From: Trichinella spiralis
Lineage: Eukaryota
Assembly: GCF_000181795.1 (NCBI RefSeq)
Contig: NW_003526945.1
Span: forward strand, 1 to 64,000
DNA length: 64,000 nucleotides
Direction of reading: 5' to 3'
The notes beneath the pieces were generated by a model, which worked only from the letters and a program-made list of their open reading frames with translations, ran no database searches and was not told the DNA's origin. Shown in pieces: positions 55,647 through 64,000 of this stretch; positions within the stretch are counted from its first letter, which is position 1; every line of letters starts with the position of its first letter. The position numbers were made by a program, and so were the translations under genes.

Positions 55647-57065
55647 TATGTTCATGTTGTTCATTATGCAGGCATGAGCGTAACAGTATGATTATGATTA
55701 ATTATCATTACTTGGCACAGTATTTTCGTGCAGTGCATTCAACTCGAATATATCGCATAAAAGCAAATAGTTGTATTGTCCTTTGAATAAACAGAATCCA
55801 TAAACCTATTAGTTGGTATTATTTGCATGAATGCAAATATACATTTGCAACAATATGCCAAGCAGGCAATGTCGCAAGTGGAAGTTGGCGTGTCGGACTC
55901 CATTTCAGAACTACCACATCGGTCACTGCAATTTGCAGCGATCTTTTGACCTCTTTCACGCTGCGAGGAAGAGATTCAGGATAACAAAAAAAACAACACA
56001 GTAAGTTAAAACATGTATTAGAACGTGCTACCGTCACTAATCATGATTAACAATACCATGAGCGACAAACAGACGATCACCAACACCACCAGAATCAACA
56101 ACGTCTCTCTTCTACGCTAACTCTCTACCATAACCTTTTTGACAATCAAGTGCCACATGAATCCTTTCTGCCGATCGGTTTTCTCATCATCCTGCAGTGG
56201 AGGTTCTCGTTCTGCCGTGTCTGGAATGGGTGATATTTAAGATTCCCTACCACAGGACACTCAGCACCTGGGTGTCTGGTACAAATATAATTTACAGTCG
56301 AAATTAACTTCATTCACAGATTTGCATAAATTATTTATTTATTTTTTTTCATCAATATTTCTAAAAATCATTGCATGAACGACTATTTTCATTGTTTTCT
56401 GCAACTTAGCAAACAGAAAATTTTATCATGGCTACTTGTTTAATTCAAAAAACTACACATCGTAAATCCACTGAAGTGCAGTTGTTGCATTTTCTTTCTT
56501 TATACAGTTAGAAACTGTACATGAAGAGCTAAAAATACTACGAGATTGCTTTTCAAATTTAGATGCTGTTCCTCAAAAATATCAATCCAAAGATCTTTTT
56601 AGCCATGCATTCTAAAACGTTCTTGAAAACAATGCTGATAATAAACCAACGAAAATATTTAACTGTGTATTAAATGCGGCTTTGTTATCAAAACGCTGTC
56701 ATGATTACATGTGACAATTATTATTTTACAGACTAAATTCATTTAATATTATTATTTAACAAATGTGTCACAAAATAAATAATCATGTTTTATTAAAGTA
56801 CTTACGTTATGTTTACTGTAATTAGTACTGTAAATATAGCATTTGTTGTTTACATTCATTTTAGCTGGTAAATAGAAGGTTTATTGTTGTTTCCAGTTGC
56901 TTAGTATAACTTATTTTTGCATGTTATTTAGCTTATTGTTATTTAACACATCAAATTCAAATGAGCGATCTTATAATAAGTCATATGTAATTATATTTTT
57001 ATATATTATAGTCACGTCGGTACGATCACGATCTCTTCATTTTGGTCAAGTTGGTGGAATTCAAG

Positions 57066-58163
57066 ATGAAATTGCTAAACGATTATGCTTACGGACCTCT
57101 CAGAGAAATTTTCAGTGACAATGCAATAGACTGCAACTTTGATGTCCGGTACTAGTAGCATCTGAAATCGGTTATTTTTTTACTATTCGCTTTGATAAAT
57201 TTAGGTTAGAGACTTATTCTTGCAAAATGGTTTCCGAGGATAAACGTCGGTTTAAAGAGTTTTTAAAATCCATTGGTCCCAATGCTACTCCTCATGATTC
57301 GCAGGTTCTTGCCCCTTATGAAGAACTCAGTCCAGATTTAAGGAACAATCGTCGCACGATGCCTGTCGAACGTACAGAAAGTGGCGGTGAAGTAGTGCGT
57401 AAAGTTTTTTAAAATTTCTACAGTGAAATTATTAACTTTTTTGTTATTCAGTGCTATCGTTACACAATAGAAAATAAAAGACTGTTTTATTTACTGGAAG
57501 CTCTTAGCTTTTGCTTTGAAGATTACGATTTTATGAACACGAAAAGCACCAGGTTTTGTCTTGTGCAGTCATTTCAAGTAAGGTGAAACGTTTATTAAGG
57601 TTGCATATGTTCAGATGTTTGTTTGGTTGTGTTGTAGGACGTGCAGAATAGCGTAAATTGGAAGGTGTTACCTTTCTTTCGCCATTATCGTTACATCAGT
57701 CGTTTTATTTGGAACAAAATTAAAGAGGTGATTGATACTGACCGTTGTGTGTTTTATGGGTAAGAAATTAGAGCTTTATTTTTTACACTGATAAATTTCC
57801 GCTGAACAATTTTGGTGTTGTTCATATTTATCATGTGTAAAAAATTGGATAAAGTGACATGTTTTAAGCAATTTGATAACGGTTTAGATATATACCAGAA
57901 GAAGGTGACCCGATATGCGAGAATTCTTGTCTTTCGTCATCTACTTTTCTGATGTACAATCCGTATTTGAACCGAATCTTGGTCTACTGCGTTCGTTTGC
58001 TGATGTTTGTACTATCATTGCTATTTTTTGTCTTTATTTGTAATATGGTTTTGAAATTTAGTCCGCCGATGATTTCTGGCAGTTCATAAATGAAGTGAAT
58101 GACGAACATTTAAATGTGAACGAAGCCAAAGAAAAATTCAGGAGCATACACAGTTTTATTTAA
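57066..58163 (+). CDS. MAF1: Maf1 (RNA polymerase III repressor) homolog, divergent, 6 exons
   Basis: Box A: MKLL...RLETYSCKMVSEDKRRFK. Box B: LFYLLEALSFCFEDYDF. Box C: IWNKIKEVIDTDRCVFYGYIPEEGDP...MYNPYLNRI. The last exon is open to TAA 58161-58163; its donor choice is inferred. Confidence 0.85.
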
Positions 58164-58553
58164 TAATATATTTGCCTAATGTGAATTGTCACTGCCGCTT
58201 CTAAAGATTCTCTTTTTTTTGAATGATTCGAAAAGTAACTGATCTCTTTAAAGCGGCAGCATTTTTAGTATTCTTAAACTTATTAATGAACTGGCATTGT
58301 GTTTTAACATCTCACTAAGAAATGCAACGTATTTTATTTTGAATTTTAATCTTTCACTGAACTACTTATTTTATACAGATGGACAATGTTTTGTAGTATT
58401 TGTTAGTTGAAGTCACTTAAGAGTAAAATTTCATTTTTACTTTTGATATTATGCCTTTTATTTTTGCTGTTTAGTCACGAAAAATACATTTTATAATGTG
58501 AATTACTATGTTAGCATATGCATAAATTAAGCTATTTTGAAGCCTTGATACCA

Positions 58554-59124
58554 ATGCTAAGTGATGGTAGTGAAGAGCTTCCTATTGAAGAAGATGCATT
58601 AGTGCGTAGCAGTACAGATTGCCCGTTTAATGCTACTATAAAATATGAGCATCTGGATCACACGGCAGATATCATGCTTCATGCGTGGGGTGATAATTTA
58701 ATTGAAGCGTTCGAACAAGTGCGTGTTGTTTAATGAAAACTTTTAAAGTTTAAAGAAATATTGAAATGGTTTCTGTTTTTAGGTAACCATGGCAATGTTT
58801 GCGTATTTGACTGATTTGAACAAAGTTGATGCATGCTTTTCATATGACGTTGAAGTGCGAGGCAGCGATGAGAAAACAATGCTATTTGATTTTTTAAACG
58901 AATGGTTTGCTGCATTCAATGGCGAGCCGTTTTTTATTCCTCGTTATATAAAAATTATTTCTTTTAATCTTACGGATGGCTACATGACAGCTCGTGCATG
59001 GGGAGAATCATTTGACGTCTCCAAACACATTCAACGCATGGAAGTGAAAGCAGTTACGTTAAACAACATGAAGATTGTAAAGAAAGACAATGGCTATGAA
59101 ATTTTTGTTGTTCTTGACATATAA
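58554..59124 (+). CDS. ZBTB8OS: Archease (RtcB tRNA-ligase activator), 2 coding exons
   Basis: Motifs YEHLDHTADIMLHAWG, AMFAYLTD, LFDFLNEW, AWGESFD, EVKAVT and C-terminal FVVLDI*. The intron is at about 58719-58782. An alternative in-frame ATG lies at 58518. Confidence 0.93.
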
Positions 59125-59736
59125 TTTTTGTAATATTTAAAATATCTTTGATTTTAAAAGGAAAGTATGTTCTGTTGTTCTTTGCAGCCGTGTAGAAGTG
59201 CGAAAAATCAATTTTACTGTCTTGATTATCAAACACTGAATCTGGCAACAAATTTTATCATGAAATATTAAATAAAATAAAAACTAATTCGTGTCTTTTT
59301 ATTATTTTTACAAAAAAATTGAATTTATTGTTCAAGAAGAGTGTAAGAAAGTTTTTCCGTCTCTATCTAATTGCTTTACGATTGAATGACCGGAAGTTGT
59401 CGAGTATGCTGCATTCACTAAAACAGATTAGATGCTATTCTATGGTTATAGCAATTTTTGGTAGTATTTTTATTGAGCAGATGAATAATAATACTTTGTT
59501 CGTGTAAAATGGCCTGCATTTTATTGAAAATGCAATAAAACATTGTAAAGTTTACATCAACTGAAAACCGATGACGATGATGATGAACAGTAATAAAATA
59601 ATAATAATAATAATACTATGTACAGTTTTAAAATGACACTTGATCGATGGATGCCAAATGAAAACAACCAAATAAAAGATGAAAAATTAGAGGAATTCCT
59701 TTTTTCTTTATTAAGGCACCTCAATAAATGCTAAAA

Positions 59737-62587
59737 CTAAACAACTGTAGGTTTCAAACCAAGATCGTCAGTTGTAGTTTTGTTGGTATTAGATGGACAG
59801 TCTACTGTTTTCATCTGATGATCATCAATTTCAATTTCTTCTTCATCACTAACATCAGACGGTCTAATGCGAACAGTAACAATGTCGCTAAATTCCACTC
59901 TTTGTTTGGAAGTTTTCAGTTTTGAAGAAGAATTAATAGTTGACTGTTTGGAATTTGCTTGACTTTGTAATTTGATATTGCTGCAACGCAGCTGATCATC
60001 ATCATCATCATCTTTCGGTTCATTTGGATGAACCATTTCAGCCGCCAAACGATCCTGTTGGGCTGATGATGATGACGAATGACTTTTTAAAATGCATTTC
60101 AAATTGTTTGGATTTTTTGTTTCTTCTTGAGCAAACGATGAACAAGCATGCGGCTGACAAGCAGCCGATTGATAAAGTGAACACTGTGCCACCGTATTTT
60201 GCCTTGCTCTGCTACTCTTTTGCTGTTGCTTAAAATTACTCGTTACCGGTAATGATTTTTTAATTCTTTTCTTCGTGCAATTTGTAGGCTCAGATTCCGT
60301 ATCAGCACTTGTTTCATCGCTGAGACTTGTCACTAGCAGTTGAGTTGGTGCAAAAGTGAACTGATGCAAATCGGTTCGCTGTTGCCATACAGCTGAAGGT
60401 TGATAAGCATACGTTGGAGATGAATATGATGACGGTGGAATGCGTGAACGTAGTATGTCAGAATTGTTGGCCAATTGAATGTCCGATTTGAAATTCACCA
60501 CAACCCCTGCCGCGTGTTCATTTGGATGGAATGTTAAAGGCGCAACATGATTCTGCTCCTCGTAACCTTTCCTACGCCTGTATGTACCACTCTGTAAGCA
60601 TGCATTATCATCCATTGTCGTGGTATTGTCCTTGATTTCACCAGTCACTTTTTTCGGACCATCGTCCAATATTTCATTCAAACCATCTGCACATTGATCC
60701 GACTTTGGTTGCCAAATTAAATCACCCTTTTCAGATATATCTTCATTCATTGCACGTCGTGAAGTTAAGCTTCGACCATTGATCAATCTGTCAAGTTGTT
60801 TTCGACTATGGCATCTTTGCCAATAAACTACACTTAATATTACAAAAATCAAAAGTACCAAAACAAATATTCCAGAAACAAGAAGCTCTTTGGAATAACC
60901 TGAAACAACGACAACAACAAATACAGTTAAAATTCACAAAATAAAAGCCAACAAACAAAAATATTTACAATTCTCTTCATCACTATTATCGAATTCTGCA
61001 CAATTTGGTATTCCATCGCAAACAAGGCTATTTTCAATGCAATATCTTTTTCTTTCTGCACAAATATTTTTCCCCTCATCAATACAATACTCTCCACCTC
61101 GACAATAAAAACTAGTACAATCAGCTGAAAATGATAAAGCTTATTTATTACACGTGTCTGCGTATGTGTGCTCAATTCAACAAGCAGAAAATTTTCACTT
61201 GCCATCTATTGAAACTTCTGTCCATACCAAGTAGAAACCGATCACGGAACCAAATTCTTGTCTCTTATATTTCATTTGTTCCGGCGCAGGTTTCGATGTT
61301 TTAAATCTGTTATTTCACCTTCTCTAACTTATTGTGACCACGTTCAATACAATCAAATTTGCATACCTAATGTGTATACGATTTCTGTCCGACATGTATG
61401 ATTTGTCGCCCTCTTCTCGGTAATATTTCTCTTCTCCACAAAAACGTACACGCTGACTTTGACTCAGTGCAGCTTCTTCGTTCGGATTATAATGAGCATA
61501 ACCATCTATCACTTCCAGTTGAGCGTCTTCGCACCGAACTCAAATTGCAAAACCATTCTAATTTATACAATATCTAATAGCATAATAAATGACACTTACA
61601 TCCAGGTGTCAGCTGCAGTTCGAGTATTTTAATAAATATCTGTTTGTCGGGTCTGACTCGAATTACCCAGTTGCATTCAACATTTTCTGGATATTCTGTA
61701 AAAATTGCATAACAACAAAACTAGTTAAGTAAACCATACTATATGAACCATGAAATTTCAATTAATGCCTAATTTAATTGTTAATAAATAGTATAGACAT
61801 TTTGACCATTATTATACCTAATTCGATATCAATAATAAATAATAGAAGTTGATTTGAATTGAAAAATCATAATTACAACACCTAGCGACTGCTTTGCAGG
61901 CTATTCAATTTTGAAATATGAACATTTACTTTCTGGATATTCAGGACTTTTAATAACTCCTCCGTGAATGCCTTGAGCAAATCCACCGCAGCCGACGCTA
62001 TGAGGGTTCGATTTGCCTGGATAATGGCTCATCGGAGGTTGAACTTCTCCTGAAAAAATGTTCAAATGAAAGTAAAAAAGCAAAAAAAAAACAAACAGGT
62101 GTCAAAAATGACAACATACTTTCATTTATAAACATAAAAACACCTGAAAATCCTTGAAAATGCTTGCTAAAGGAAGATTGGAAAATTATGTCAACGGAAC
62201 GTTGCATAGTTTTGAAATCTGGCGGCTTCTTATTACCGCAATAACGGCCACTAATATGCTGCACGTTCTGACGATCAATAATTATTACTTCTACATAATC
62301 ATGAAGGCACCTTCAATCATTATACATTTAGAATAAAATTCATAACGGAACTGTCAAAATTATATTTTAAAATGTATAACAAAATGCGCAATATCACTTT
62401 CACCTTTGATATGGTAGCGGACCTTCGAGATGAAAATCACTCCATAAAATCCAAACCACTTGATCTCGTCTACCTCTGAAACGAAAACGGCACCGAGTAT
62501 CTGCAGGATATGTATTCGGATAGCCTGGCGTGGCAAATGTACCATTGATAGTTTTATTTCCATCATACAAAAATGAGCATTCTTCGA
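59737..62587 (-). CDS. CUB-CUB-LDLa single-pass membrane protein (Neto/SOL-2/Culd-like); 5' exon(s) unresolved
   Basis: CUB1: GTFATPGYPNTYPADTRC...CLHDYVEV...GRYCGNKKP...GFSGVF. CUB2: CGG...GVIKSPEYPE...YPENVECNWVI...RFCGEE. LDLa-like: YCIENSLVCDGIPNCAEFDNSDEE. These are followed by a TM segment and a long cytoplasmic tail ending PTVV*. Confidence 0.85.
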
Positions 62588-64000
62588 CTGCTAAAACTTT
62601 TATACTTTGTTATCTATTTATTTATTTGCATCAGTTCAAATGTACTTGTTACAATGAAAAACTAAAAAATAGATTACTTTGATTCATTCTTTAAACGTAC
62701 TACTAGCTCATACTGAAGCCACAAAAGATTTTCAATTGAAAATGATTTTGAAATCAAGCACTGAACAAAAAATTTCTTTTAATAACATCAAATACATTTC
62801 AAATGACTACCAGTTAACTAGTTTCAAACAAGTATTCAAAATTGATTTACAAATTTCAAAACTTCACAAGCATTTGTCATATAAAATAACTACAGTTTTA
62901 TTTGATTTTAATTTTTCATTCATTTGTACACTTCATAAGTCATTTTATGCAGGGTAAATTTTCCTTAGTTAGCCTTCTCTAAATTCAATTCATTTGAGAC
63001 GAATCAGGCTCTCTTGGGTGTTAGTAAATTGCATTACTCATCGAGTAAAGACTTGAACTCTAACGCTAAACTTACATTATGATTTTAATTCGATGAAATC
63101 TGCGCCGTGTACTAATTTGAAATTTTAAAAAATCCATATTTTGAATCACTTTGAATAACCTTATTTTCATTTAGATACGTAAAATATTACGTGGAAAAAT
63201 TCGAATCACAATTTTTCGACGTAAAAATTTGAAATTTTCAAACAGAAAATAATGCAAATTTATTACAAATAAAAAAAGAAAAATAATTTTCTTCTTATAC
63301 CTACACCTATACTGATATTCATGTTGTTAGCCAATGTGATTGTATTATAATAAAAAAAGTTGAATCAATCAGCTCATCACATGCTACGTAAAACTGTTAA
63401 TCCGTCAACATTGAAGCATTGCTTATGTAAATTATCCTTTCTATAAAATTTTAGCGATATATGGTACGTATGTATAGCATCATGATTAAGCAAGAAATGC
63501 AACGTCGCTTAGAAAATAAAATACAAGAGATATTTCTTTACTAACATCAGTTTATAACTGTTTACATTAACTGAAGTATAATTCTTAGAAGTTTCAATAA
63601 TTGATAATATTCCATAAAGTCTAATAATATTAGTTGTTTAATAAAATATGTTTTATAACAATGTAATAGTATTTAATAATATATTTAAATTGAATGCAAT
63701 TTCACTTCCACTTGAAATAAAATTCAATAAAATAATACGTTTGTTTGGATTTCACTAACTAAATTCATACAATGAACATTATACAATGAATGCTGTGGTC
63801 AAGAAGCATTTATATCAATGCTACCAAATGCTTTTAGCCAAAATTATACTTGTATATCAGTGATTCATTAGAAACATTATTGCTTTAAAATATATTTATT
63901 ACAAGGCTTATAGCTGTTTGCTCATACAATATAATGTGCAAAATAGTTTCCTTCACTGCGTAACAATTTCTTGATTATTTATTACATCACATTTTTTCGC

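Noticed and set aside
55860..56290. U3 snoRNA-like boxes (ATGATGA, AGCGTAGAAG, GGTGATCG) and an antizyme-like TGC-TGA frameshift site
   Set aside because: No GAC/A/A' boxes or terminal D-box stem were found. The +1 frame closes after about 40 codons with no antizyme similarity.
58222..58244. SECIS-like ATGA...AAAA...TGA inside the Maf1 hairpin
   Set aside because: Helix II would be only about 4 nt, and the Maf1 model has no in-frame UGA.

Overview
AT-rich, intron-dense eukaryotic DNA, not prokaryotic. It is nematode: NCS-2 is nearly identical to the C. elegans protein as I recall it, and acceptors are TTTTCAG/TTTAG type. A clade I, Trichinella-like genome is my inference from composition and gene structure. 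I assembled gene models by hand from splice sites and reading frames; all homology calls are from memory, not searches. Left to right: a 62-bp tandem repeat; a decayed piggyBac (PGBD2/3-like) element; a 13-exon PHAF1/C16orf70 (UPF0183) gene on the minus strand, whose 9.7-kb intron holds an intronless antisense LRR-TM receptor gene (DMA-1-like); RAD21/SCC-1; a 972-bp solo LTR with a 5-bp TSD; SLC25A42; ncs-2; about 17 kb of gene-poor sequence ending in an orphan 291-codon exon; MCEE head-to-head with PTCD2; a divergent Maf1 followed 390 bp later by archease; and a CUB-CUB-LDLa-TM (Neto-like) gene with an unresolved 5' end. The best leads are the nested antisense receptor, the Maf1-archease pair (tRNA-biogenesis theme, Maf1 lacking its conserved Trp, a hairpin between the genes), the LTR next to a putative RAD21 5'-UTR splice donor, and the orphan exon. 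I found no CRISPR array, tRNA or rRNA, and cannot claim a clearly new biological system.
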